Source: Oscillospiraceae bacterium (GTDB lineage: Bacteria > Bacillota > Clostridia > Oscillospirales > Ruminococcaceae). From it: DNA of 38,182 nt. The notes under the pieces are model-generated. The model made no database searches. It saw only the letters and a program-made list of their open reading frames with translations, and was not told the origin of the DNA. The number at the start of each line of letters is the position of its first letter. Position 1 is the first letter of the stretch. This document shows, piece after piece, positions 17,601 through 25,785 of the stretch. The position numbers and the translations under genes are program-made. The DNA lies in contig CAAGDZ010000015.1 in the NCBI GenBank assembly GCA_900768735.1, positions 1 to 38,182 of the forward strand, given 5' to 3'.

Positions 17601-19051
17601 TCTTTTGAACGGTTCTTTATATTCGATATAGCGTCGTCAAAGGAGGCGGAAAACTTAGCAAGCGCTTGTATTCCAGTTTTTATGCTTTCTATTATGGAGC
17701 TGATAAGCATATTCTTAACGCGGGCTATTAGCATGCGCTTTAAACCAGTGAGCGTTTTTGCCATTTTTGAGGTTATAGCGTTCGTCTGTGTAGCCTGACG
17801 CGCAAACCCTTTGAGCCGAGTTGTGGCGCTTTTGATACCGTTTGCCAAAGTATTAAACGCCATTCGACCTAATGAACCTACAACGCGTACAGCTGCACCG
17901 CCTACCTGCCGTAATACAGAGCCGAAAGCCGCCCACCCATTAACTGTGCTGCGCGCAGGGGGCTGCGGCTGACTGCTTGGGGTAGCCATTGAATCGGCAA
18001 GACCGCGTAAATTAGATTGCGCGGCTTGCAGCTCGCTTAACGCTTTTTGGCGCTCCGCTGTTGTCCGGGCATTAAGTAAAGCCTCTTGTGCAACCTGAAC
18101 ATTTAACCGTGCCTGTGCAAGGGCTTCTTGGTCTATAAGAGCCTTATTACGATTAAGAGTTTCGGTTGTACGCGCGAGGCTTTGTTCCATTTGCGCATAT
18201 TGCGAGGTATTAGAACCCATAACAAATGCTTTGTCGGAATTTTCAAGCGCCGCCAAATCCTGTTTATAGGTCTGTAGCATTTGTTCTGTCAGCGATATAT
18301 CATAAGTAAGCTGTTTCCATGATTGCGAACTTTCTTTAACGCCTAAAGCCTGCATTTTCGATTGACGGTCAATCAGCTTGTCTAACTGCGTTTCGGTCTT
18401 TTGTATGGCTTCTTGAATCCATATATAATCCTCTGTGGGGATTTTTGTATTCCCGAATTCCTCAAGCTTTGTGCGCGCTTCTGCAATCTTATTCTCCATT
18501 TCGGAAAGCTTGGAGTCAAAGGTAAGTACCGCCTTACCGTTTGCAAATCCCATTTCCGCGCTTGAGGATATTGACTGCATAGAGGTTGACAGAGAACTAA
18601 CCTCTTTTTCAAGCGCGGACATACTTGTGGTAGCCGTTTCTGTCTGATTGGAAAGCTCTAAAATACCGCTTGTTTGCTGCTGTACCGCGGCTGTTGTCTG
18701 CTGTACGGTAGTCGCGGTGTGCTGCTCAGCATTTGCCTGTTGTTCAACAGCCTGTGCAGCTTGCTGTGCGGCGTCGGTTATCTGCCGTTCGGTATTTACA
18801 ACCTGTTCATTAACCTGCGCCGCCTGTGTAGCAGAATTTTCAAGTTTCGCATTGACCGCTGCCGCCGAGGACGCTATACTTGATAATAAAGGTGTAATTT
18901 TGCCGAAAGAATTCATCATGTTGTCGCCGAGATTATCTACGGCATTACCTAAATCTTTTATGGCGCTCAACAGCTTGTCCGAGCCTTTTTCAAAGCCCTC
19001 GTTATCGAGTTCGGTATCAATGATAATGGAACCGTCATTATTATCAGCCAT
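14639..19051 (-). CDS. Tape measure protein
   Basis: 1470 aa, coiled-coil N-terminus, GFDELN, 11-aa-periodic Trp repeats, FGIHSPS motifs. Confidence 0.95.
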   Translation of the reverse strand: MADNNDGSIIIDTELDNEGFEKGSDKLLSAIKDLGNAVDNLGDNMMNSFGKITPLLSSIASSAAAVNAKLENSATQAAQVNEQVVNTERQITDAAQQAAQAVEQQANAEQHTATTVQQTTAAVQQQTSGILELSNQTETATTSMSALEKEVSSLSTSMQSISSSAEMGFANGKAVLTFDSKLSEMENKIAEARTKLEEFGNTKIPTEDYIWIQEAIQKTETQLDKLIDRQSKMQALGVKESSQSWKQLTYDISLTEQMLQTYKQDLAALENSDKAFVMGSNTSQYAQMEQSLARTTETLNRNKALIDQEALAQARLNVQVAQEALLNARTTAERQKALSELQAAQSNLRGLADSMATPSSQPQPPARSTVNGWAAFGSVLRQVGGAAVRVVGSLGRMAFNTLANGIKSATTRLKGFARQATQTNAITSKMAKTLTGLKRMLIARVKNMLISSIIESIKTGIQALAKFSASFDDAISNIKNRSKEIGANFAVSLSGVIQSLEPLITAVLDAISRAITYFNAFLAMLGGKSTVTVAKKQTDSYAKSLDKASDSAEELKQQVYGFDELNKRSSSKSNGSGASDNLFEEVPIESILPDSIKTIFDKLKDDIQNKNWADIGLTIASGINNAIKAIDDWINNVLRPKGVEWAKNIASILNGLTAGVDWSALGATLADGFNAVFDIANTFLSNYDFFALGSGLGNAIMSWIKGIDWALVGETFANAWNALINFIYGIVSEFDGATVGEKLALFVNSFSEKLNLENAAKMVSKGLNEIGYAINSFLKNTDFDKIGADIGKAIQSIFDSVDFETAGENIGIGINSIVTLITEINKQINFGNVGMKLATGINKTFSTINWSEMGALLISGFNNAVAFLSEFIGTINWQNVGAGIMTSIKTALIGDGEGNGGIDWAELGQLLYNTLDGAIRFAFGLLTSVDWAETIQGLLGGIGEALANADLAGILVDLTGLLASVVAEIPSILAGLIGGIADLLAGLFKSIGWDGIAGFFEGIGDALANVGNWLKENVVDPVVNSVKELFGIHSPSTVFAEIGDFVIQGLFNGISDAWKSITEFFDSAISGLCDFFETGWETITTGVSDAWNGITKTVSETWDSISKTVSDGVESFAKNWETGWNNITDFAKDTWDSISKTASDTWNSISKGVSDGVKGFAKNWETGWNSITKFAKDTWDNISKTASNTWDSISKGVSDGVKGFAKNWETGWNNISTTVSKKWEEIKSGASTAWNNITSTVSNLWDGLKQTLSGSEFLSVGSNLVDGLKTGISNAWNGLTSWVSNAASNLTNTLNNVFGIHSPSKVWAKTGEFLDEGLAEGLDANKRRIIASVNNIAKDTNKTLAENTATLDINADGDRAISQLTLIADRLSDIASSFRSIGEFVERASGISIPVMAAGTEAPYKTRIAADTPAATLALSDDLDETLEDQTYILKQILDFMRKFKVKLSDADIQSLARAIHGLSRQYGGA
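15410..15750 (-). repeat. 132-nt (44-aa) tandem repeat within the tape measure gene
   Basis: FAKNWETGWN occurs three times, with matching positions at 15414, 15546 and 15678. Confidence 0.85.
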
Positions 19052-19635
19052 TAATTACCGCCCCCTTTTTCTTTCAGCGAATTATATATATCCATAATGG
19101 CTTTATCCGTTTTGGTGCGAATATCTTTAGGCTTATCCACCATACATAATGAGGTATTTGCGCTAAAAAAAGCTTGCTCGTGCTTTTCGAGCTTTTTTCC
19201 GCGCGCTCTTTTTTGCCTGATACCGAGTATAAATCCCCATGTGTCATTAGCGTCTATGCCCTGAAAATATCCTATAAAAGTCCACCAGTGCATATATTCA
19301 ACTGCGCGGACCTCAAATCCTGCAACTTTGTTTATTGCAGGGAAAATAAGCGGCTCGTCTTTCTTCCAATTGATTAAACGCGGCTTGGATTTTTTATCCG
19401 GTTCCATATTGCAATCAATAAAAGCAACAGCCGCTTTATAAGCTTCTTCTAAGCACTCCGAGGGTATGCCCTCCAAATCATAATAAATTTGTTTCAGACA
19501 TACATAAACTTTTTCCCTGTCCGTCATTTCATTATCGTTAAATGCGAGAATTATTCGCAGTATATCGCGATAATCAGTACGGATTTTGTATTTTTCGCCG
19601 TTAATTTCAATTGCTTTCGGTAAATACCCCAGCAT
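19051..19635 (-). CDS. Gp15-family tail assembly protein
   Basis: LPKAIEINGEKYKIRTDYRDIL..D..LIFPAINK..MHWWTF..IR motifs; directly before the tape measure gene. Confidence 0.85.
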   Translation of the reverse strand: MLGYLPKAIEINGEKYKIRTDYRDILRIILAFNDNEMTDREKVYVCLKQIYYDLEGIPSECLEEAYKAAVAFIDCNMEPDKKSKPRLINWKKDEPLIFPAINKVAGFEVRAVEYMHWWTFIGYFQGIDANDTWGFILGIRQKRARGKKLEKHEQAFFSANTSLCMVDKPKDIRTKTDKAIMDIYNSLKEKGGGN

Positions 19636-20110
19636 CTACATCACCCTCCGTAGGCGGTGTTATGTACTTGTTAGCCTTTTTCAAGGCTTTTTCAGACTCC
19701 GTATTAATGGCTGACGCAATCACATTGCCGATTGCCATTAATACCTTTGTGCAAAAGAACTCGCCGCCGATAGAGGAAAACGCGCTGCGTGTCTTGAAAA
19801 TCTCGTCAGCTTCGTCCATATCGAAAAGCTCATTAAAGCGGTTTTTAATTTCTGCCTCGACTGATTTAATAATCTCCCAGTCGTTTTCGAATTTCGCGTT
19901 GCCCTCGCGGTCTATATCCATTCCTGAGAGCGGGGCAATAATTGTGTTGAAATCCTTAACAAATTTGTCATATCTGTCAAGGATTGAAAAATCGGTAGGC
20001 CGTATGTAGATATTACAAATCAGCTTACCGAATTTATTTACAACAGGTATTTTCTGTGTGCCGTCATCAACGATTACGCTTAATGCCTTTTTAGGCTCAT
20101 TCTTTAACAT
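19607..20110 (-). CDS. Tail assembly chaperone
   Basis: Position between the major tail and Gp15 genes. ATG at 20110 after GGAGG. Confidence 0.7.
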   Translation of the reverse strand: MLKNEPKKALSVIVDDGTQKIPVVNKFGKLICNIYIRPTDFSILDRYDKFVKDFNTIIAPLSGMDIDREGNAKFENDWEIIKSVEAEIKNRFNELFDMDEADEIFKTRSAFSSIGGEFFCTKVLMAIGNVIASAINTESEKALKKANKYITPPTEGDVDAGVFTESN

Positions 20111-20131
20111 ATTTACCTCCATTTAAACTGA

Positions 20132-20164
20132 ATACCTGCACCTTTTCGAATAAGGTGCAGGTAT
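20132..20164 (-). terminator. Hairpin after the major tail gene (terminator or RNA-stabilising stem)
   Basis: Perfect 13-bp stem ATACCTGCACCTT..AAGGTGCAGGTAT; weak U-tail. Confidence 0.6.
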
Positions 20165-20175
20165 CATAATTTCAC

Positions 20176-20808
20176 TTAAGCTGCGGATGTAACTTTAACA
20201 TCACGTGTAGCTATGGTATAAACCACATTTACCGCGGTCATAGCACCTACAGGGTTAACGGTGAACGGAATACCAAGACCTGAGGTATCACCGCCCGTAG
20301 ACTGCGGTACAATATAAGCGTCGCGCTTATAGCCTGTACCTGACATTGTTCCTGCCGCGGTATCAACCTTGTCAAAAATTACCTCAATGAAATAACCCTT
20401 GATGTCCTCGTCGCCGTACTTTTCCTGAATTGCAGCAGTACATAACTTTTCGTACAAGGTTGATTCGGTGTCAGCATAATACGGGTCAACCGATACCTCG
20501 GGTTCATATCCGTTATGCTTAAAAGTAGCCTCGCCTAATACATTCTTTGAGGTTTCGGTGTCAGGGTTAAGCTCCTTTGAGAGGTCGTCGTTATCTCTGC
20601 CGAGAACTTCCCACGCCGTGCCGTCGAATGAGGCAAAGTACATTAATCTGTTACGATCCTGTTTCATAATAGATCTCCTTTCGAGTATAAATAATGCTCC
20701 GTTTGAAATATCGAAAGATGCTGTGCTGCCGTTACGCAGAATTAAAGCACCGTTTTCGATTTTGCCAAAAGGTATATTGAGTATGCCGTTATCAGCTGTA
20801 ACCGTCAT
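20176..20808 (-). CDS. Major tail (tube) protein with two possible in-frame starts (20808 and 20667)
   Basis: Core W..LG.D.DDLS.ELNPDTET.KNVLGE..GYEP..S.GGDT.G..IPF. There is an RBS before both MTVTAD (20808) and MKQDRN (20667). Confidence 0.85.
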   Translation of the reverse strand: MTVTADNGILNIPFGKIENGALILRNGSTASFDISNGALFILERRSIMKQDRNRLMYFASFDGTAWEVLGRDNDDLSKELNPDTETSKNVLGEATFKHNGYEPEVSVDPYYADTESTLYEKLCTAAIQEKYGDEDIKGYFIEVIFDKVDTAAGTMSGTGYKRDAYIVPQSTGGDTSGLGIPFTVNPVGAMTAVNVVYTIATRDVKVTSAA

Positions 20809-20831
20809 ACATTCATACCCCCTCCTTTTTA

Positions 20832-21275
20832 TCACGAATTAGTGCGCTTATAGGTAAGCTTAAGCTGTATTTGGTATTTAGCGGAGTCCGCCCCTACCTC
20901 CGCGGGGTATGCGGTGAGAGTTGGAACTATTGATTTTACTTTGCCGTTATTTATGGTCGGATAATTTCGCAACGAATTCTGCTCTATTATCCAAGCTATA
21001 ACTGCGTCATAAAAAGCAAGGTTATCCGCATTTTGTGCAGAGTCGGCGCCGTATGGCTCTTTGGAGGCAAAAATGAAATTAAGCGTCTGAATATCCGTAG
21101 GAATTTCTTCGCCTAAAACATTTTCGCGATAATTTATTGTTGAGGGTACGGCGTATATCGCATATTCCGTTGGTTCTTTTGCGATATAATCTATACCGAA
21201 ACGGTATTCCGCATTAATTGCAGGGCATTCGCGAAACCAAGCCCGTAAATGCTCCACGTTGCTTAACTCCGACAA
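20832..21275 (-). CDS. Tail terminator / minor capsid-3-like protein
   Basis: Position before the major tail gene; C-terminal AKYQIQLKLTY. Confidence 0.7.
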   Translation of the reverse strand: MSELSNVEHLRAWFRECPAINAEYRFGIDYIAKEPTEYAIYAVPSTINYRENVLGEEIPTDIQTLNFIFASKEPYGADSAQNADNLAFYDAVIAWIIEQNSLRNYPTINNGKVKSIVPTLTAYPAEVGADSAKYQIQLKLTYKRTNS

Positions 21276-21721
21276 GCTGATTTCGCCTCCTTAAGTATGT
21301 CGTTCTTATGGTCTGCTTTCATACGCTCAAACCAAAATGAACCTGCAAGAGGATTTACGTCTGTGCTGTATGTAAGCTTACGCCCTGTAAGGTGCTTTTT
21401 CTGCCCCGGCGGAGAGTAATACCGTGTAGGTATGCCCGAATTGTCCTCGAATATAGGGATATTCGGCCCCATTATCTCCCCGTAATACAAGTACCGCGCT
21501 TGAGGTCCGGGATAAACGACTTTACCGCTGCCTATGGTAGTTGCACCATAAGCGGATTTTGCTAAAGTTCCCGTTTCCCACGGGCAGTATTGCATATTCC
21601 AATCTATTACCGATTTATCAATTACCTGTTGTACCTTTCCGCCTTTTTCAAGATTATATTTTTTTAGCAGCTCGTTGCCGCCCTTAAAAACAATCTTGCA
21701 TTTAAATGCGCCGTTACTCAT
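21263..21721 (-). CDS. Minor capsid-2 / tail completion protein
   Basis: YCPWETGTL..YPGPQARYLYYG..AGSFWFERMK. Confidence 0.8.
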   Translation of the reverse strand: MSNGAFKCKIVFKGGNELLKKYNLEKGGKVQQVIDKSVIDWNMQYCPWETGTLAKSAYGATTIGSGKVVYPGPQARYLYYGEIMGPNIPIFEDNSGIPTRYYSPPGQKKHLTGRKLTYSTDVNPLAGSFWFERMKADHKNDILKEAKSACRS

Positions 21722-22128
21722 GAGCCAACCACTCTCCAATGCTTAGCGTTAGGCGCTCGGCCGTTATCGGTTACGCCAAGAATAGTAATAGTTTCATGGT
21801 ACGTCCTCTGCAAATCCGCCGGCCGAATATTTTCGGCATTTACTGCACCCTTAACGATAATATCACCGTTTTTTAAGGTGAAAAAAGTTGTAGGATTGCT
21901 CGTTTTATATGAAATAGGATTTATATAGGACTTACCGCTGAAATCGGCATTATATGGAATGCGAATTGTAACTTTATCCGCAGCTTTAAGCCCGGTTCCG
22001 TCAACAGTTGAGGCTATCTCGCTGTGCCAAGAGACCCCGCGAATAACGGTTCCCGTATATACGTCATTTTCTTGCCCTATTACGCGCTGTGAATTAAATA
22101 CCGTAATAACATCATTACACAATTTCAT
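21718..22128 (-). CDS. Head closure-like protein
   Basis: ITVFN..GVSW..FTLKNGDIIVKG..HWRV; neck position. Confidence 0.7.
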   Translation of the reverse strand: MKLCNDVITVFNSQRVIGQENDVYTGTVIRGVSWHSEIASTVDGTGLKAADKVTIRIPYNADFSGKSYINPISYKTSNPTTFFTLKNGDIIVKGAVNAENIRPADLQRTYHETITILGVTDNGRAPNAKHWRVVGS

Positions 22129-22514
22129 ACGCCCACACCTCGATATAGCAAAGGAACCCCATTATCGTCAAGCTCGCCATACAGATTGCTTTTTATAGTT
22201 GCTACCATACTTGCTTCTGCGTCAGCCACGCCGATTGCTTTTCCATAGCTCTCTGAATAACCGTCTGTGTTAAATGAGGTCACTACAGGGTTGGCAATTT
22301 GAGCCTCAACACCTGAATTTGAATCGATATTTATAAGCGTTATCATGCACAATTTAACAGCAGTAGGTACGTTAGCCATATTTTGTACTCTACTGTCTGT
22401 TAAATAATCAATGCGCTTACGGCATTTAAATTCGTACAGCGTAAATTCGTTTTGTGGTAAAGTACCGCCGTACTTTTGATATTCCTCATACGATAAATAT
22501 ACTTTGTCTGCCAT
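22125..22514 (-). CDS. Head-tail connector (adaptor)
   Basis: YLSYEEY..GG..IDYLT..SFNTDGYSESY..LLYRG. Confidence 0.8.
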   Translation of the reverse strand: MADKVYLSYEEYQKYGGTLPQNEFTLYEFKCRKRIDYLTDSRVQNMANVPTAVKLCMITLINIDSNSGVEAQIANPVVTSFNTDGYSESYGKAIGVADAEASMVATIKSNLYGELDDNGVPLLYRGVGV

Positions 22515-22534
22515 ACTCTACCTCCGAATTCTCG

Positions 22535-22810
22535 TTATGACTTAGTGACAACAACCGTATATGTCTTAGTAGCCGCACCGTCCGTTACAATTATCGACAG
22601 CACGTTTTCACCCGCCGACCATGTTATTGGGGAGGTTACTACCGTGTCGCCTAATTTGATAACTACCTTTGCAGAACTGCTTACGGGAACTGCTGTAACC
22701 GTATTAGTTGCATTGGTAGTTGCTGCTGTATATGTTGTTGTACCCGTATCAAATGCGGGCGTTAATGATAGCGAACCTATCCGCAGCTCTGACAGGTCCG
22801 CATTTAAGGG
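22535..22810 (-). CDS. Cadherin-like/Ig beta-sandwich extension of the major capsid protein (reached by -1 frameshift)
   Basis: 91-codon open frame PLNADLSELRIGSLSLTPAFDTGTTTYTA..W..GEN..IVTDG..KTYTVVVTKS with no start codon or RBS of its own. It overlaps the capsid stop at the slippery A-AAC-CCT. Confidence 0.8.
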   Translation of the reverse strand, partial: PLNADLSELRIGSLSLTPAFDTGTTTYTAATTNATNTVTAVPVSSSAKVVIKLGDTVVTSPITWSAGENVLSIIVTDGAATKTYTVVVTKS

Positions 22811-23715
22811 TTTGTAACGTTAAACTGGAGCGCGTCCGCCTTTTTGTTGAGAATGAACACGTCCTCAAACGACTCCTCGTAATAAATGTACTTACCCTCT
22901 GTTACCGCTGAGGGAGGGTCAAGCTGTGAGAACTGATAAGATACCGGGGTAATAACCGCGGAGGGGTGAACGAGGAACATGTTAATCTGCGCCGCACCCT
23001 CTTTTACCTGCCAACCTGTTGTAAAGTTGTAAAGGGTTTTCATAAGGGTTGCAGGAACGCCGTAAACAATTACCTCGCCGATACGATTTACCGTGCGGTT
23101 AATGGCTCCGTTGCCGTTCTGCACATCAAAATTACGGGTGATTTCCTTTGCCTGTGCAATCAGCGTCTTGACCTCATTTGTAACGTAAAGAATTCTGCCG
23201 TTGGCAGGTACTCTTGCGTTATCCATTTTCAGCATGAGCGCATCAAATACCGACAGGACATTAGCCGCGGTAAGCTCTGTGGTATCAGCAGTTTTTCCAA
23301 CATAGCCTGTATTGGAGTCTGTAGTAGTCCACTGCTTATACAGGGTTGAGATACAATACGCGTCCATTTCGGGGAATTTCTGTTCCTCGTTAAATGTCTG
23401 CGTAATGTTGGTTATAGACGCGACCTCGTTTGTCTGGTCAATGTCTTTGGGGTGTACGAGCGTACTCCACTTACGCTGATTGGTGAGCAGCTTAGGCTCC
23501 CAAGCGTTGTCATAATTGCGTGTAGCAGTAGCGATAGTGTCGCGGTCTGCTGCAACTCTGCCCGTTGTAGAAACGGACGGGATATAGATTGTCTTACCGT
23601 CCTCGCCCATACGGTAACGACCATTGTTGGGTGTGCTATAGAGCGCACCGAAATTGAGGGCATAAGGATATGCCTGTGCGAGTGCCTGACTGTACTGTGC
23701 TGCATAGTTCGGCAT
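22804..23715 (-). CDS. Major capsid protein
   Basis: 303 aa after the scaffold gene; NYA..Y..L, GKTIYIP, VHPKDIDQTN, PEMDAY, INMFLVHPSAV. Confidence 0.9.
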   Translation of the reverse strand: MPNYAAQYSQALAQAYPYALNFGALYSTPNNGRYRMGEDGKTIYIPSVSTTGRVAADRDTIATATRNYDNAWEPKLLTNQRKWSTLVHPKDIDQTNEVASITNITQTFNEEQKFPEMDAYCISTLYKQWTTTDSNTGYVGKTADTTELTAANVLSVFDALMLKMDNARVPANGRILYVTNEVKTLIAQAKEITRNFDVQNGNGAINRTVNRIGEVIVYGVPATLMKTLYNFTTGWQVKEGAAQINMFLVHPSAVITPVSYQFSQLDPPSAVTEGKYIYYEESFEDVFILNKKADALQFNVTNP

Positions 23716-23734
23716 AGTGTTTCACTTTCCTTTC

Positions 23735-24418
23735 TTATTCTGTGGGTTTAGCGCGGACGCCGTTAAAGTTGAAATTAAACGGGGATTGTCCTGCCGCGCC
23801 TTGCTGTTGTGCATTGGGGAGAACTATTTGAGGGGGCTTATTGCCCGAATTAGGCGCGGGCGCGTCGTCTTTATTTTCTTCAACCACAATTGCGCCGGGG
23901 TTTTCCTCCATATACACCTTAAGAAAATCCCCGTAGCCTATGAGGTTTTCACCGTCAACCTTTAAGTCTTTGCTTATAGCTTGACTGATAAAGTCGCGCC
24001 TTGCGGCGTTAGAGCTGAATTTATGACCGTTTGCTTTTTCGCGTATCATAAATTCATACGCCTGCCGCTGATTTTTGGCTTCCCACGCCTTTTGATCTTC
24101 CGAATACTTTGTTTGCAAGTCGGATAACGCTTTTTGCGCGTCCGTAAGCTTTCCTGCGTCACTCTGCGCAGCAGTTAACTGCTCGTTCAGCTTCTTCATA
24201 TCTGAATCGCGCTGTGTAATCTGTCCGCGTAAGTCGTTGACCTGCTGAGTAAGTGCATTAACCTGAGAATTGTATTTATCGGTGGAAATATATCCTCCCT
24301 CCGATAAATCGGCAAATCTTACGCATTTTGTTTTGTCGGTCTGCCCTTTGTTCACCTCGTCAATGCGGTTTTTAACCTGCTCGTAAAGTTCCGGTGATAA
24401 AAGTTCTTCCAGTTTCAT
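23735..24418 (-). CDS. Capsid scaffolding protein (GP20-like)
   Basis: Coiled-coil protein between the minor capsid and MCP genes; FADLSEGGYIS..KY; C-terminal FNFNFNGVR. Confidence 0.8.
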   Translation of the reverse strand: MKLEELLSPELYEQVKNRIDEVNKGQTDKTKCVRFADLSEGGYISTDKYNSQVNALTQQVNDLRGQITQRDSDMKKLNEQLTAAQSDAGKLTDAQKALSDLQTKYSEDQKAWEAKNQRQAYEFMIREKANGHKFSSNAARRDFISQAISKDLKVDGENLIGYGDFLKVYMEENPGAIVVEENKDDAPAPNSGNKPPQIVLPNAQQQGAAGQSPFNFNFNGVRAKPTE

Positions 24419-24428
24419 AAATCCTCCT

Positions 24429-24511
24429 GCAACAATAGCTGTGTGCTATTGCCGCGGCAGTTTAAGCCTCATACCGGGGAGGTAATATATTAAAAGCTGT
24501 GTGCTTTTAAT
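24429..24511 (-). promoter_or_regulatory. Twin stem-loops with identical GC-ACACA-GC loop in the scaffold mRNA leader
   Basis: ATTAAAAGC-ACACA-GCTTTTAAT (24489-24511) and CAATAGC-ACACA-GCTATTG (24433-24451); the second abuts the AGGAGG RBS. Confidence 0.6.
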
Positions 24512-24515
24512 GGCA

Positions 24516-24552
24516 ATAGAAAAGCGCCCTATGGAATTTCCATAAGACGCTT
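24516..24552 (-). terminator. Probable intrinsic terminator after the minor capsid gene
   Basis: AAGCGTCTTATGGA..TCCATAGGGCGCTT followed by TTCTATT. Confidence 0.6.
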
Positions 24553-24603
24553 GCCCGTAAAGGGTAATATTATAATCAACAGTTTTTAAGACTTTTACTC
24601 ATA

Positions 24604-25782
24604 TCAGCCAACTTTAATCGCCCTGAAACCCTCCACCGATAATCTGTCGCGTCGGGGTGTAATGCCCGCTGCTTGTGCGACTTTACCGTATTTTGCGGAT
24701 AGAGCGTTTATGCGCTGTTGGCATTCCTTTTGTAATTCTTTGTCGTTTGCTTTTCGCGCCGCGACAGCTGTATCTTTTTCGCGGCGTACCTGTGTTTCTA
24801 TTTTTCGCATAAGCTGTACTGCTTGATATGTGGTATAATGCTTTCCGTCAATGGTACAGCCTTTATTGTTAAGTTCTTTCCATTCACGCAATTGCTTGTC
24901 TGTATATTTGCGAACAGAATGCTGCGTTGAGAATGACATAGCAAAGTGCATGCAGTTCCATTCACCTATGGGGCGTTTAAAACCGCTGTATCTGTGTCCG
25001 CTAATATCAACGAAATCCCGCCCGTCCTGCATTTTGTGGTATTCCTCTAAAAGAAATACCCTGCCTTGCACGGGTTCATGATCCGGCGCGGAGCGTAAAT
25101 GGGCTGAAATCTCAACTGCGTCATAGCCTAACTCCTGTCCGATTATCATTGAGGCGTTTTGAGCAATTTGGTTGGTACCGTCAATAATATTCTGCCTGAT
25201 AGCAGTATCAAGCCGCCTGTGATAGCCGCTTTCATACTGAACCTGCATACCGTTATAACCTAAATTGCGTATTGACGCCCGCATAGCTGTTTTGTAATCA
25301 TCAACTCCTGACGATACCGCGACAATCGCTTTATCTACCGTTTCTTGATACGTCTGTGATATAGCCGTAGTATTTGATAAATTATACATTGTTTTTGCAG
25401 TCTGTACGCTGACATTACGGACAAAGCGGTTTAACCGCTCCTTACTTTCGGCCGGCAGGGGGTTTTCGGTCATATATTCTTTAAATCGCGGGTCTGTATA
25501 GGTATCATCAAGCGCTTGCTGATATATTTTGAAAATCTCCTTTAGATTTAAGTTGGTGGCTGTTTGCAGTTTCAAATTTATTTCTGCAATATCTGCACCC
25601 ATATCTGCTAAAATAAGCATACGATTTATGCTCGACTGATTAAGTTCACCGATTTTTTTAATCTGTGTAGCAATCTTGTCAATATATAAATCGTTTATTT
25701 CGTTTATGCGGTCAAGTATTCGCTGTATAGCCTCCTGCATATCCGATTCTGACATGCTTTTATTAAGTTTATCGCCCCGCAT
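24604..25782 (-). CDS. Phage minor capsid protein 2 (MuF-like head morphogenesis protein)
   Basis: Follows the portal gene; Y.SG..RRLDTA.R, EISAH..APDH..QG, GEWNCMH; no toxin extension. Confidence 0.85.
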   Translation of the reverse strand: MRGDKLNKSMSESDMQEAIQRILDRINEINDLYIDKIATQIKKIGELNQSSINRMLILADMGADIAEINLKLQTATNLNLKEIFKIYQQALDDTYTDPRFKEYMTENPLPAESKERLNRFVRNVSVQTAKTMYNLSNTTAISQTYQETVDKAIVAVSSGVDDYKTAMRASIRNLGYNGMQVQYESGYHRRLDTAIRQNIIDGTNQIAQNASMIIGQELGYDAVEISAHLRSAPDHEPVQGRVFLLEEYHKMQDGRDFVDISGHRYSGFKRPIGEWNCMHFAMSFSTQHSVRKYTDKQLREWKELNNKGCTIDGKHYTTYQAVQLMRKIETQVRREKDTAVAARKANDKELQKECQQRINALSAKYGKVAQAAGITPRRDRLSVEGFRAIKVG

Positions 25783-25785
25783 ATA

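Noticed and set aside
15165..19097. Long plus-strand ORFs opposite the tape measure and other structural genes
   Set aside because: These are antisense shadows of minus-strand genes with no RBS or recognisable motifs.
19051..20110. Lambda G/GT-type frameshift between the tail chaperones
   Set aside because: The second gene has its own GGAGGG RBS and ATG, and I found no convincing slippery heptamer at the overlap.
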